A stretch of 64,000 nt of DNA from Eledone cirrhosa (Eukaryota): positions 17,112,001 to 17,176,000 of the forward strand of contig OZ024752.1 in assembly GCA_964016885.1 (NCBI GenBank). The letters are read 5' to 3'. Both the position numbers and the translations under genes were made by a program. The notes under the pieces are model-generated. The model was not told where the DNA came from. It saw only the letters and a program-made list of their open reading frames with translations, and ran no database searches. Below are positions 11,180-24,896 of the stretch, in pieces (the first letter of the stretch is position 1; every line of letters starts with the position of its first letter).

Positions 11180-12721
11180 TTCTTTTATTTGCCACTAGGG
11201 CATCAAAAGTGGGACAAGTACAAAGGGGGGAGTTTACACAAAAAGGCGTCCTCAATAAGGAGGAGGCAATAACAAAATATAAAAATAAAATAAGATATAA
11301 CAAAAATAAAATTTTTAACAAAATCCTCAATAGAGAGGAGGCGCCTTGGGGGGTCGCACACACCCCCGAAAAAAGTGTGCAACCCTTTTCCTCAGGAGCA
11401 CAGAGAGGGGGTGCTCCCTCGTTCCTTCCTCTTTTCCACCTACAGGCTTATGTAAAGAGAAGGCCCATTCACACGGGCCATTCTCGCCACTTTCACCCAC
11501 CTTTCATAAAAACGACTGGGGTGCAGCACCTCTCTCTCCATCCTGATCCTTCTTCCGAAATGATATCGGAAGAAACGGACCAGTTGTTGGCCAGAGAGAA
11601 AGGTGCCTGACCTCAGTCCTTTCAGACGCGTCCACCATACAACCTCTTTCGCCATGGCTATTACGCACAGAAACACCGCCTCTGCTTCATCTTTGAAGGG
11701 GGGAGGCGGCTTGATCATTACAATAGACTCGGTGGTCAACCGGATCGGTCCCACCCTTGACAGCAGTTGTTCGACATAGCCCCACAGATCGGCTACGCCC
11801 GAGCAGTGTACCAATGCGTGTGCAACGGTTTCCTCGTCGCACACGCATCTGGGACAGATCTTTTTGGCGGGGTCCCTACCCGGGCGCCCGTGTCTGTAGA
11901 GCCTTTCTCGAACGGGTAAAGCCCCTCGGTAGCACTGCCAGGCCAGGGACTTCTGGAAGTTGTCCATAGGTCCCGGGCTGAATGTCCTACCGAACAGGCT
12001 GGCCAGTTCGTCCTCCTCCATGTCTAGGGCTTCTCCGAGGGCGTCGTCGCACCTGCTGCGTACCAGCCCTCTATAGAATGTTGCGGTGGAGTCTCCACTG
12101 ATAACCGGATCCGCCTGCCAGAGGGCGGTGAGCGCCTGGGCACACTCAGTGTGCCAGGCGCCCAGTTTTCTCGGTCTTTGCTTGACCCAGGATTGCAGCT
12201 CGGTGAGTGAGACGAGTCTGGGAAAGGTTCGTCTCACAAACGAGGCCCACACCGGTTGTCCGGTGAGGAATACGTAGAGGTGCCGTAGCCTTAATGCGTG
12301 TTTACGCATCATTAGCCACGGCATCCCCAGCCCTCCTTTCGAAGGGTGTTGACAGCAGATGGATCTCCTCACCATAGGAGCCCGCCCCTTCCAAAGGAAT
12401 TGGAAGAGCGCGCGCTCCATCTTGGTGAGGGTTTCCCTTGGGCAGGGCACTACGGTCAGGCGGTAGTAGATGACGGACGCTATATAAGTGTTCGCCACCT
12501 CCGCCCGACCTTTCAGGGATAGTTTGCAACTGGCCCACTTCTGGGTCAGTGCAAACACCCTGTTCGTAACCTCCGCCCAGTTTTTCTCCACCTGGAGGTC
12601 CGGTCCGAACCAGACCCCGAGCAACTTCACCGGGCCCTCCGTCCAGCGTCCGACGACGCCATCGGAGGGCATCGGTCTGCCCCTCCACGTGCCGAGTTGC
12701 AAACCGATCGACTTGTCCCGA
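11180..12721 (-). mobile_element. 5'-truncated Tx1 LINE of a second subfamily (C-terminal part of ORF2 open)
   Basis: ORF 11440-12720 aligns by eye to the C-terminus of 406-3825 (GLQLGTWRG...KLSLKGRAEVAN...CPRC...ETVAHALVHC). The annotated N-terminal MCVC is microsatellite. Confidence 0.9.
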
Positions 12722-13513
12722 TATACACACATATACATACACACACACATATATATATATACACATTCAACATACAGTAGAGAGTTTGAAAACAGGTCGA
12801 TGACTTTAGTCTAGATAGGGTATGGTATGGTAATGACATGTGACGATGGGGAGAGAGTGTAGACGTTATTGTGGTGGTGGGGACAGTGAGATGTATCTAG
12901 TTCATTTGACCGTTTTCTTCTCTTAGCAAAATTTGAATTTTAGCCATGTTATATTTAGATGTAAGTAAATGTAAAATGTAAAATATAAATAAGGATTGCT
13001 CTGCTAAAATATACTAAAATATTTGTGTAACTTCCACAAACTTCTGTCGTGTCATTCCCGAGTCCAGTGACCAAAAAATTGTTGTATTTTGATGTTTCAG
13101 AATACAAAAATTAATTAAAAACTTACCCCACGAAAAGACAGCGTGTGTTGTCCTATCTATAAGCTCCCTCACATATCTACATACATACATACATACATAC
13201 ATACATACATACATACATACATACATACATACTGGAATGCATTAATTTCATGTATTTTTGTGTGCATGTCTATTTGTGCGTGCATATATAAAGTGAGTTT
13301 AGAGTTGACTTTACCTGTAATTTGTGTTTTACAATTCATGCTTAGATGCACCTTGGTAAGTAGAGATCAGATACGTTATTAATAATGGACAACCTCAATC
13401 ATTAGGTAACATCTGTTCACTGATCTTTTCGATGAATGCCATTTCTTTAAATACAACACGTATTACATAGTGACACAGTTGACATGTACATTATTGTTAT
13501 CATATTTGCACAG

Positions 13514-13547
<34 letters not shown>

Positions 13548-13579
13548 ACGCACACACACACGCACTCCCCCCAGCACGC

Positions 13580-13612
<33 letters not shown>

Positions 13613-13679
13613 CACATACACAAACACATATGTATAGTGACAGCACTCCTCCTCTCTCCTCTCTCTGCCCCTCTCTCTC

Positions 13680-13756
<77 letters not shown>

Positions 13757-13757
<1 letters not shown>

Positions 13758-14995
13758 GGAACCAGTAAGACCCCGACAGCTGAGCTCAAGCCGTTTCGAC
13801 GGCTAATTCTGGACTAAATGAAAATTTATCCTGGTATTTAAATAGCCGATCTTCTCAAGGGGTAATTCCATATATGGTCAAAGTGATTGTCAAAAATCAG
13901 TAGTAATTCTGTGGTTGCAAATTAGTAGGGGAGATGGTGGCTAAACCTGCCAGTAGGAGAAAGAGGGGAGGTGGTGGAGTAGACCCAATCAAGCGTTGGT
14001 AGTGCCAGCTACAGCTGGGCATGAGGTCAAAGAAGATACAGGGGAGGGGGAGGGGGAGGAAGTCGGAACGGTAGGTAGAACAATGGGGGGTAGAAATATA
14101 TAGGAAAGAAAAAATACTGAGAGTGAAGAAAAGCAAATAAGTGTAAAGAAAAACGTAAAGTAAATTAAATTCTACGACCTAGGTGTCAGGCTATTGTTAG
14201 GCTAGAATAAATAAATAAAGAAAGAAAGAAAGAAGTAAAGAAAGAAATAAAGAAATAACGAAATAGGTAAAAGAACTAGGTGGGACGGATAGGCAAGGAC
14301 CCTTTTAAGAGGTATAAGTACGTAAATGATACGGTGACGGGTCAACAAAAGGGGCCAAAATACTAAAGAGACTACCACGAAATAAACAATAAAGGTTTCC
14401 ATCCCGGGCACAATGCCAGCAACCACCCAGTGCAGCAAAGTGAACTAGTACGAGATAATAATTCTGAGTCCCGAGAAAAATATATACTAATGCTAACTCT
14501 AAAAGATCTAAAACAAGCTACATGAAAGTTCGTACGAAGTAAAGGTAGAATACGGAAAAATAAATTCAGAATCCACCCCGCCCAAAAGAAAAGCGAAGAA
14601 AGAAATACTGAAACGAAAAAATAAGGCATAAGTGCCACTAAGAAATATAGAGGGCACAGAGAATAGTGGGAGCGGTCGGAAAAAGGGGACAAGTATCCGG
14701 GGTCTAAACCAACTGCTATAAAGGGCGGAGTCCGCCAAATCTATCATAGACTAGGGGAGGGGGTGGGGGTACTAAGGCTACAAGGGGCCAAAGGGCAGCC
14801 TCGGGTGGGCGAGAAAAGACGCCGACAAAGGAGAAGAGCTGGGGTAGAAGGACTAAGGAGAGAGGGGGGAAGGAAATAAAGGAAGCGATAAAAGAATACA
14901 AAGAAGATCTTACGTCTCCCTTGGCAAGCAGGGGTTACCCATTGCAAAATCGGCAAGTGGGGTGTTATAGCCCTAGTCTACCCCCCGGGTCATTA
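13757..14995 (-). mobile_element. Non-coding hammerhead-bearing element between (TA)n tracts (probably PLE-derived)
   Basis: Hammerhead near the 3' end. Related fragments at 52003-52140 and 56615-56760. No credible ORF. Confidence 0.55.
13770..13863 (-). ncRNA. Type I hammerhead ribozyme, U3:A8 core variant
   Basis: Minus strand: ACCCC-TTGAGAA-GATCGGCTA...TAGCCGTC-GAAA-CGGC TTGAGCTCA GCTG-TC-GGGGT. 5-bp stem I and GUC cleavage site. Confidence 0.72.
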
Positions 14996-15021
14996 TACAA
15001 ATATATATATATATATATATT

Positions 15022-15079
<58 letters not shown>

Positions 15080-15188
15080 TATAATATATAATATATGTAG
15101 TAATAAACACAGTAAATTGTGTGTCTAAAATTACGAGGGCTGAGATACCACATTGGTTTGACAAATTTAACCTGAAGCAAACGGAAAA

Positions 15189-15660
15189 TCTATGTATGTA
15201 AAACAGGTGTCTGTCTGTCTGTTTGTGTAACCGCATGAATTTCTACATTTTACATAGGTTTCTGAAGTCCTATTACGCGTCGTAGGCTATTTTATTTTTC
15301 CGTACCTCGATTGTGGGGTCCCCCAGTGGCAGGTAACCCCCTTAAGCCTCTCGATTGGAGTCAGCAGCACTACTGCATAAAGGCCCCATAATTCCTGCAG
15401 TTTGTCTCCCATCTTCACCAAAATTAATCTTTTGTTTACTTATGGCTTACAAATAAATTTGCAGGCATGCACTTGCGCAGAAATTCAGGTAGGGGACCCC
15501 TTGGGGGCAGTAAACCGACTTGATGAATGTTGAAGTGGATATCATCAATGGAACAAAACGTCATAACTGCTTCAGTTGGTGTTTGGTTTTCACGAAGCGA
15601 GACGTATTGGTTACCAATGGCTTATAAAGGAAGGTGATCACATGAACTTTTACTTGAACT
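15189..15660 (+). mobile_element. Possible Helitron 5' fragment
   Basis: Starts TCTATGTATGTAAAA...GTCTGTCTGTCTGTTTGTG, like typical non-autonomous Helitron 5' ends and like the start at 52306. No 3' end seen. Confidence 0.35.
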
Positions 15661-15728
15661 TATCAAGACGTAAAATAAGAAAATTTCAAAAAATTTTTTA
15701 AAAATTAACTTACTTACTAAAATTTTCA

Positions 15729-15808
15729 CTCCAACTAATTAGTTTCTGCAATGGGATAAAGACAGCTACGTAATATAACTGTCGAGAATTCATTGCGTCA
15801 TCAGGGAG
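15729..15808 (-). ncRNA. Type I hammerhead ribozyme (family B)
   Basis: Near-exact reverse complement of 16711-16790. Confidence 0.8.
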
Positions 15809-16710
15809 TCTATTCTCAGCTAAGTCTCCAGGCAATGCGCGGACACTGGGGGCTCATATAAAAATAATAATAATTCGGTAGATGGAACAGCTAGCGGGGA
15901 CTGGATTCCATGTACTGAAAAGCTCGCTGTCTCTGGTCAAATGGCAGATTCTAAAGAATCAATCACGTGACACTGAGGCTAGTCGGTAGGAGTGGGATGG
16001 TAAGATGACAGAAGCCTACTATCACACCAATAAATTAGTAGTGGTTTTGGCAGGTTTGCTAAAAAAATAAGTAATTTGGAGATAAATATAGAGAATTTAG
16101 TATATCTACTAACATATGCGTACAGATGTACGCTAATGCCAGCAAATACACAGGTTAACGCAATGACGCAGATGACGCAATGAATTCTCGACAGTTATAT
16201 TACGTAACTGTCTTTATCCCATTGCAGAAACTAATTAGTTGGAGTGAAAATTATAGTAAGTAAGTTAATTTTAAAAAATTTTTTTTAAATTTTCTTATTT
16301 TACGTCTTTTATATTATTGTTCTGCATCCTCCTGCATTGAACCACCTAGGTACTATGACTTAACCTGTGTATTTGCTGGCATTAGCGTACATCTGTACGC
16401 ATATGTTAGTAGATATACTAAATTCTCTATATTTATCTCCAAATTACTTATTTGTTGAGCAAACCTGCCAAAACCACTACTAATTTATTGGTGTGATAGT
16501 AGGCCTCTGTCATCTTACCATCCCACTCCCTACCGACTAGCCTCAGTGTCACGTGATTGATTCTTTAGAATCTGCCATTTGACCAGAGACAGCGAGCTTT
16601 TCAGTACATGGAATCCAGTCGCCGCTAGCTGTTCCATCTACCTAATTATTATTATTTTTATATGAGTCCCCAGTGTCCGCGCATTGCCTGGAGACTTAGC
16701 TGAGAATAGA

Positions 16711-16790
16711 CTCCCTGATGACGCAATGAATTCGCGACAGTTATATTACGTAACTGTCTTTATCCCATTGCAGAAACTAATTAGTTGGAG
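16711..16790 (+). ncRNA. Type I hammerhead ribozyme (family B)
   Basis: CTCC-CTGATGA-CGCAATG...CATTGCA-GAAA-CTAATTAG-TT-GGAG. Palindromic stem III and inner helix GACAGTTA/TAACTGTC. Confidence 0.82.
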
Positions 16791-16964
16791 TGAAAATTTT
16801 AGTAAGTTAATTAAAAAAAATTTTTTTTAATTTTCTTATTTTACGTCTTTTATATTATTGTTCTGCATCCTCCTGCATTGAACCACCTAGGTACTATGAC
16901 ATAACCTGTGTATTTGCTGGCATTAGCGTACATATGTGCGCATATGTTAGTAGATATACTAAAT

Positions 16965-17162
<198 letters not shown>

Positions 17163-20100
17163 TGTCCTGGGTATGACATTAAACTACATCTAGTGGCAAG
17201 GCTCCAGTTCGGGAGTTCAGGAGATGTGGGGAATGTGGAGTTACCCCTTAGTTGTCATGACTCCCAGGTCTGCCCTGGCCCGGGGTGGTAGTACCTGTTA
17301 GGGCTCCATTTATGGGTTAAATAACTACCTTATTCGAGTGGCGCCGGTAAGGTATTGTCAGCCATTGAAAAGAAATATGGAGAGTCGATCTAACAGCACT
17401 AGGGTTAGAGCCCCTAATTACACTGTCAAGGAGCAGCCTGGTCGTTATGACTCTGCTGGCTTAGAGCCACAGAGAGGGCCAGTGGATGATGGATCAGCTG
17501 TCCCTGAGACAAATATAAAGAATGCAGTTTTGTCCTGCAGAAGAGCCATCAAAATGGGCACTTTGAATGTGAGGACTATTCGAACGCTGGAGAAGAGAGA
17601 GGAGTTGGGACATCTGTTCGAGGAGAGTGGTATACAGATACTTGCGATCCAAGAACACAGGATTCTACACGATGAGCCCGTGAGGAGTGTGATGATCGGG
17701 AGGAAGAACCAGCTCATCACTACATCGGCAGTGAAGAACACAACAAATGCTGCAGTAGGAGGAGTGGGTTTTGTGTTCAGTGCAAAAACCAATCTGTTGG
17801 TGAGGGAAATAATGCCTATCTCCCCGCGAGTGTTGAGGGTGACCTTCAATGGAAACCCAAGACTGACAGTCATCTCAGCCTATAGTCCAACCGAGGGGGA
17901 CAGTGATGTGAATGCCGAGGAGTTCCATGAGGAGGTGTGTAGAGCTGTCAACACCACTCAGGCACACAATATCCTGCTTGTTTTGGGGGACTTCAATGCA
18001 CATCTGAGTAAGGAGGGCAGTGAAGATCCTTGCTGGTACGTCCATAACAACACCAACCGAAATGGAAGACTACTGAGAGACACCCTGCTGGAGGCGAACT
18101 TGATGGCGACCAACCTAGGGTTTAGGAAGAATCTGGGGGAAGATGTGGACCTACATCTCAGATATGCACCTGTCCAAGTCCCAGATTGATTTCATTCTGG
18201 TGAGGAAAAAGTGGCGGAATAGTGTTCTGAACACGGAACCATATAGCTATTTCAGTACACTGGGTAGTGACCACCGGCTTGTTATGAGTGAGGTCCGCGT
18301 GAGCTTAAGAAAGAGCAAGGCTCAGCCCCGGAGAACAATCTATGACTGGGGAGCTTTCAAGGAAGATGATAAGCTACAGGAGAGGTTCACAGTGGAAGTG
18401 AGAAACAGGTTTAGTGCTCTGTGTGGAGAGTCAGAGGAGAGAGAGATTGGATGGACTGAGGAGAGTGTGACGAGGAGGTACGGGCACTTCACCAATGCAG
18501 TGGCGAAAGCAAGTGAAACCCTGGTGCCGAGGAAAAAGAACAAAGGGAAGCACGTCAGCTCTGCAAACCCCAAAGTGTGTGCAGCCAGAGAACACCTGAA
18601 AGCTGCCAGGGACCAATTCTATGCTGATCCTACGGAGGAGAGGATGAAGACTGTGGAGGTGATGAGGGAGGAGCTCTGTGCCGCTTGCACTGAGGTCAGA
18701 GAGGAGGCACTGATAGAGAAGATCAGAAGTGTGGAGAGAGCGGTTGACAGATCTGGATGTAAGGAGAGCTGGATGATCATCAACGAGATCACAGGGAGGA
18801 AGAAAAGGTGTTCGAGTCAGATCCAGGGAACGGGGCCCGAGGATAGGAAGAGGAAATGGCTAGACCATTTTAGGACCCTACTAGGAGAGCCACCCTCCAC
18901 AGCTCAGAGCACTGGGGATATCAGGCGGCTGTTTGAGGAACTGGATGTTGAGACAGAGCCCTTCACCAGAGAGGAGCTTCAGAGAGCCAGGAGGAAGATC
19001 AAGGAGGGCAAGGCTCATGGAGAAGATGGAGTGGCATCAGAGGTGATGAAGAGGTGTGATTTTGATGATATCATCCTGGGGTTCTGTAACGGGGCACTGG
19101 AGAAAGGAGTTGCCCCGAATCAGTGGAGGATCAGTGGCATCGTCCCAGTGCCAAAGAAGGGAGATCTCTCTGGCACCAACAACTACCGGGGGATCTCACT
19201 GACGTCACTTGTGGCAAAGACCCTCAACAGGATGATTCTTAACAGGATCCAGCCTGAGATGGAGAAGAAGCTCAGGGACAACCAGAACGGCTTCAGAGAG
19301 GGTAGATCAACCACCAGTCACATCCTGATGCTGAGGAGGATATTAGAGGGAGCTAGAGCAAAGTGCCTTCCTGCGGTCATGGTTTTCATTGACTTTAGGA
19401 AGGCCTTTGATTCTGTGGACCGTTACTGCCTGATGAAGATCTTACAGGCTTATGGAATCCCCAAGAGGATAGTGGACCTGATATCATTGCTCTACACCAA
19501 CACCAAAGCCCAAGTCATTACACCTGATGGGATGACAGAGTTCTTTGAGATACTGGCTGGAGTGCTCCAGGGAGATACATTGGCTCCCTACCTTTTTATC
19601 ATCGTAGTGGACTATTGTATGCGCCTTGCACTGGAGAAACACCAGGACTCTGGCTTTATTGTAGCACCGGCTCAGAGCAGGAGAGTTGGGGCGAAAAAGG
19701 TATCGGATGCTGAATTTGCCTACGACATAATTTTGGTGACAAATACAGTGAAGGAGGCAGAGGATTTGATGCGGGAGGTTGAGACTGTGTCGATGAGTGT
19801 GGGGCTGAGAATGAATGAGACTAAAACAAAATATCTGGTAGAGAATGTTGAGAAGCCAGAGGGGATCACTAATGTAGGCGGGAAGCCGCTGGAATTGGTT
19901 GAGGACTTCCTGTATTTGGGAGCAAAGATTGGGAATGCGGAGGATGATGTGGTTGAGAGGAAGAGCAAGGCCTGGGCGGCGTGTCACAGCTTGAGATCGG
20001 TGTGGAAGTCGGACCTTCGTAGAGACCTGAAAATCCGCCTCTTCATTGCTGTAGTGGAGTCTGTGCTGCTGTATGGGTCTGAGACTTGGACACTGACCAA

Positions 20101-20471
20101 AAGACTCACTCAGATGGTGGATGGGTGCTACACGAGAATGCTAAGGATGGCTCTGAACATTAATCAGTATACACTGAGGATGAAAAACTCAGAGCTGTAT
20201 GGGAGCATCCCAAAAGTCAGCTCAAAAGTGACACAGAGAAGACTGAGGTTGGCTGGACATGCTCACCGACATCCAGAGTTGACATTGCACTCAGTGCTCC
20301 TTTGGGAGCCCCTACATGGACACACTAGAAGAGGAAGACCAAGGTTAACATATGTTGATGCCCTAAGGACAGACACTGGTTTGTTGGAGATGCAGGATAT
20401 GGCAGCGATAATGAGGGACAGAGACCGCTGGAGAGAACTCGTCCATGGATCTCGGGAATTTTACCCGCCTT

Positions 20472-20473
<2 letters not shown>
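17163..20473 (+). mobile_element. Near full-length RTE-X-like LINE, inactivated (one frameshift near 18130; FADD changed to FAYD)
   Basis: APE motifs GTLNVRT, AIQEHR, SAYSPT, GDFNAH and SDH; RT motifs NYRGISL, FIDFRKAFDS, LQGDTLAPYLF and EFAYDI; C-terminal RRGRPRLTY..DRDRWR. (TA)n on both sides. Confidence 0.9.
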
Positions 20474-20512
<39 letters not shown>

Positions 20513-20771
20513 CGATGAATTAGTTTTGCGAGGTTTTTATATGAAATCGTGTGTCGAAACAAATATTGTTATACTTGGGGAGGGTCATATTTGTGTAATA
20601 TTGCCAGAATTAATAACAGAACACACTCACTGTTTGGTTGGTTTTCGCTTTTCGCTTCTCTGTCTTTTATATCGGTAATCTAATTTATTCGGTCCTCAAT
20701 GTTGCCATTGACTGACCAACGGTCAAAAATAATACAGATACAATATAGACACAAACACATATATATAGTTT

Positions 20772-20813
20772 ATCAAAGTTCTTTCGTTGCACATCTGCAA
20801 CATCGTCAGTGGT
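20772..20813 (-). ncRNA. Minimal PLE hammerhead (left arm)
   Basis: Reverse complement of 23165-23206. Confidence 0.6.
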
Positions 20814-21089
20814 GCTATTGTTTCCTCCCGTTACATTGTATGTCTACGCCATCTTTATTTAGTCTGTTTATATATTTATTTATTTATTTGTTTGTTTGTT
20901 TATTTTATTTTGTCTTCTTTGCGCATGCGTTTGCGTGTGTGTATAGTGTTTTGTTTGATGTGTGTTCGTGATTGGGTGACTGTGTATCGGTTAATGTATT
21001 CTATCTTTACTAGTGTGTGTTTATATGTGTTTGTTATTATTGTGCTTGTGTATGTATTTATTTATTTATTTATCTATTTATTTATTTAT

Positions 21090-22345
21090 TTATGCTTCTC
21101 TTAGGTCAGTGTTGTTTGTTTGGGTGTTGTTGTTATTCCATTCATTCTTTCTGTTTAGTTTTGGCCTTCTAAGTTCTATTTCACTGGCCTCTCTGATTTG
21201 CCTATCTGCTGGGTCATTTCTATGTTTAGATATTATTCTAATTTCTATGTTGTCTATGTTACCGTCGTGTTGTTGTCTGGCATGTTCGTATAGTACTGAC
21301 CCGTTTTTTCGTCCTTTTAGTTCCCCCCAGTGTTGGTCTATCCTTTCACCTATGCTACGAGCTGTCTCGCCTATGTATGTTGTTATCATGTTTCTGCAAG
21401 TACCCTCTGTACATCTTATGCTATAGACTACGTTTCTAGTTTTACAGTTTATCCGGGGGTTTACCTTACATATGATACATTTCCTATTAGTACAGTGGGT
21501 TTTCTTAAAAGGGTAGGTTTTGCTGATCAGGGATTTTATGGTAGTTTCTGGCTTTTCTACCACCTTAATCTTTAAGTGGGTCTTTCTCAGGGCCTTTCTA
21601 CACTGGTTAGCTAATTTCCCTCCAGGGGTAGCGTCAACAAACATGACACTCTGGTATCTCTGGTTGTCGTACCATGAGGTGGCTTTCCCTATCTTATGTC
21701 TAGCCCTATCTAAGCAATTCCATGATTTGCTCCTGTATAATGGGCAAATTCCTTTCATGTCCAGTTCTATGAGGGTCTTATACTTCTCCATGGCTCCTTC
21801 GTATACTCTGACTCTGTCTCTTTGGTTGTAGCCAGAGAACTGCATGCGGTTGATGAAGTGTTGGATGTGTCTTTCCATTTCTGTTGGGTCGCACATGCGG
21901 GACACATTCTTCATCACTCGTACCAAATCTGCGATCAGAATATTAAACTTAGCACTACTGGACATTGCTGAGTTTTTGAGTATCAGGTATTTGGAGGCCA
22001 TGGGTTTAGCATAGTGTGAGTGGAGAATTTGGGCTCTCTCGTCTATAGTGTTAATCCAGAGTTCCGTGTCTAATACAGGTAGTCTATTGTTAGGGTGTTT
22101 GGAAGGGTAGTCGATAGTTACAGTTATACTCTGGTGTATGGAATTAGCTATCTGCTGGATGCTTTCCATTGTGCTACGTTCTAAATCAAACTTGTTAGTG
22201 CTCTCTAGTGAGGATGTTCTTATAACTATATTGATATCGTCTACGTAACGAGAGTACATGATGAGGTCTATGGAGCTCTCATTAAGGAGATCTTTAAGTC
22301 TCCTTTCCCACCATACCATAAAAAGGTTGGCAACATCACCAGCTA
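21090..22345 (-). CDS. 5'-truncated PLE polyprotein: RT C-terminal part + GIY-YIG endonuclease
   Basis: YSRYVDD, LPVLD, Cys linker CTNRKCIICK...CKTRNVVYSIRC, YIGETARS..ERI and REASEI...PKLN. Confidence 0.88.
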
Positions 22346-23164
22346 TGCTGGTGATGTTACCAACGTTGCTAACCAGTGTAGAAAGGCCCTGAGAAAGACC
22401 CACTTAAAGATTAAGGTGGTAGAAAAGCCAGAAACTACCATAAAATCCCTGATCAGCAAAACCTACCCTTTTAAGAAAACCCACTGTACTAATAGGAAAT
22501 GTATCATATGTAAGGTAAACCCCCGGATAAACTGTAAAACTAGAAACGTAGTCTATAGCATAAGATGTACAGAGGGTACTCGCAGAACATGACTACAACA
22601 TACATAGGCGAGACAGCTCGTAGCATAGGTGAAAGGATAGACCAACACTGGGGGGAACTAAAAGGACAAAAAAACGGGTCAGTACTATGCGAACATGCCA
22701 GACAACAACACGACGGTAACATAGACAACATAGAAATTAGAATAATATCTAAACATAGAAATGACCCAGCAGATAGGCAAATCAGAGAGGCCAGTGAAAT
22801 AGAACTTAGAAGGTCAAGACTAAACAGAAAGAATGAATGGAATAACTACAACACCCAAACAAACAACACTGACCTAAGAGAAGCATAAATAAATAAATAA
22901 ATAGATAAATAAATAAATAAATACATACCCAAGCACAATAACAACAAACACATATAAACACACACTAGTAAAGATAGAATACATTAACCGATACACAGTC
23001 ACCCAATCACGAACACACATCAAACAAAACACTATACACACACGCAAACGCATGCGCAAAGAAGACAAAATAAAATAAACAAACAAACAAATAAATAAAT
23101 AAATATATAAACAGACTAAATAAAGATGGCGTAGACATACAATGTAACGGGAGGAAACAATAGC

Positions 23165-23206
23165 ACCACTGACGATGTTGCAGATGTGCAACGAAAGAAC
23201 TTTGAT
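23165..23206 (+). ncRNA. Minimal PLE hammerhead (right arm)
   Basis: ACCA-CTGACGA-T-GTTGCA GATG TGCAAC-GAAA-GAAC-TT-TGAT. One mismatch in stem I. Lies about 280 bp downstream of the GIY-YIG stop codon. Confidence 0.62.
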
Positions 23207-23407
23207 AAACTATATATATGTGTTTGTGTCTATATTGTATCTGTATTATTTTTGACCGTTGGTCAGTCAATGGCAACATTGAGGACCGAATCAATTAGAT
23301 TACCGATATAAAAGACAGAGACGCGAAAAGCGAAAACCAACCAAACAGTGAGTGTGTTCTGTTATTAATTCTGGCAATATTACACAAATATGACCCTCCC
23401 CAAGTAT

Positions 23408-23494
<87 letters not shown>

Positions 23495-23859
23495 CCTTGT
23501 CTACATTCTAACTAAAATATACCATAATTTCCTTTGGTGGCGTGGGGTTTCACAGCCTTCCGGTATATAGCAGTGGCGTGGTTCGATTGCTACAGGTAAT
23601 TCCCTGCACTATTTCCCCCCCTCAAAATATTTATATCCCCGTTTCTTTCCAACTATATTATTGTAAATATGTGTTGTAATGACTATTGCAAGAGGCAAAA
23701 CATTCTGGCTGATTCGACACCCACGTGCTTTTTCTAAAAGACATTCCCCCCGCTCCTTTCTCTTCTCATACTATATGTTTCTACTTCTTTTATTCCTCAT
23801 TCTATTTGTTGATGGAAATATTTTTCTCTATTCCTCTGTGAATATATCACACAGTAGCC

Positions 23860-24380
23860 AGTTCGTTATACGATCAAGCAGGGATGTTCTAACACAGTCC
23901 TCTCTCCGTTCAGGTATGGATTTACCTACCCAAGAAAGAGAGAAGCCTGATCATACTTCTGTTAATTGTTCTTCTACCAAACGTATTTTAGATAAAGCAG
24001 CTATGTCTATGTTCAACCTTCTAAGTTCTTTTGTAACAAGTGTAGTTGTACGCTCCGGACGTCCGGACGAGTTTCTATCCAGTTCTGTCCTAACGTTCCA
24101 ACAACAAATGTTGAGTTTGACTCGATCTTTCGAGTATTTTTTACATTTTGTTCTATTCTTATTTCTGCTCGAGTGAGGCAAAGTAAGTTCTGGGCGCCTG
24201 TGTGTAGACTTGTGACTATAAGCTTGCAACTGGTCAGGCGAAGAAAGATGTAAGAGACATCTGTATATCAGTATATTATAGTGGTAAACACTTGTACAAC
24301 ACAAGTAGCATTTGCTGAGTGTCCACAACTAGAGTCCAGTGACATGCCGAAACAAGATGACCGGGAGTTGCTTCTACGGC
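23860..24380 (-). mobile_element. Degenerate 5' fragment of an RTE BovB-like LINE
   Basis: LNICCWNVRTELDRNSSGRPERTTTLVTKELRRLNIDIAALS matches the APE start in 9298-9825. Confidence 0.75.
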
Positions 24381-24409
24381 AGGTTTTAAGGAGTTTCCTT
24401 CTTACTTAA

Positions 24410-24476
<67 letters not shown>

Positions 24477-24589
24477 TACTCATTCATACGTACACACATA
24501 CACACACACGCTACTCACACACACACACTCATATTTAAATATTACAGTCATTATTAATACTATAATTGTGGCCGCTGTTGTCACTGTTA

Positions 24590-24852
24590 TTCTCTCTCTT
24601 TCATTCACTGCCTCCGTCTCTCTCACTTTCCCCATATCTCACTATTATAAGCAAATAGGGACTCACGCTCTGGCCACCCCGCGACCCCGGCGGACACAAT
24701 AGAGAAGTCCTTTCCTCCGAATATGGTGAAGAAGACGCGTTGGAAGAGCCATTTCAGCTCGCGAAGTTTACACCTGTGGGCAGCGAACTCCATGCCGATA
24801 GTGGTGAGTAGGGTGGTGGTCATAGGGCCAAGGACACCAGAAGTCTCCACTC
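24590..24852 (-). mobile_element. Degenerate CRE-like 3' fragment
   Basis: VETSGVLGP...WLFQRV...GKDFSIVSA is homologous to 31633-32064. A further scrap lies at about 25000-25100. Confidence 0.65.
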
Positions 24853-24896
24853 CTAAATTGTATCTTGAGCACATTACGAAATGGAAGATTTAGAGC

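Larger units (their letters stand above)
20563..23415. mobile_element. Penelope-like element forming a 2.85-kb palindrome (two 3' ends, head-to-head)
   Basis: 20563-21611 is the reverse complement of 22368-23415, with a unique RT segment between. (TA)n lies at or near both outer ends. Confidence 0.92.
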
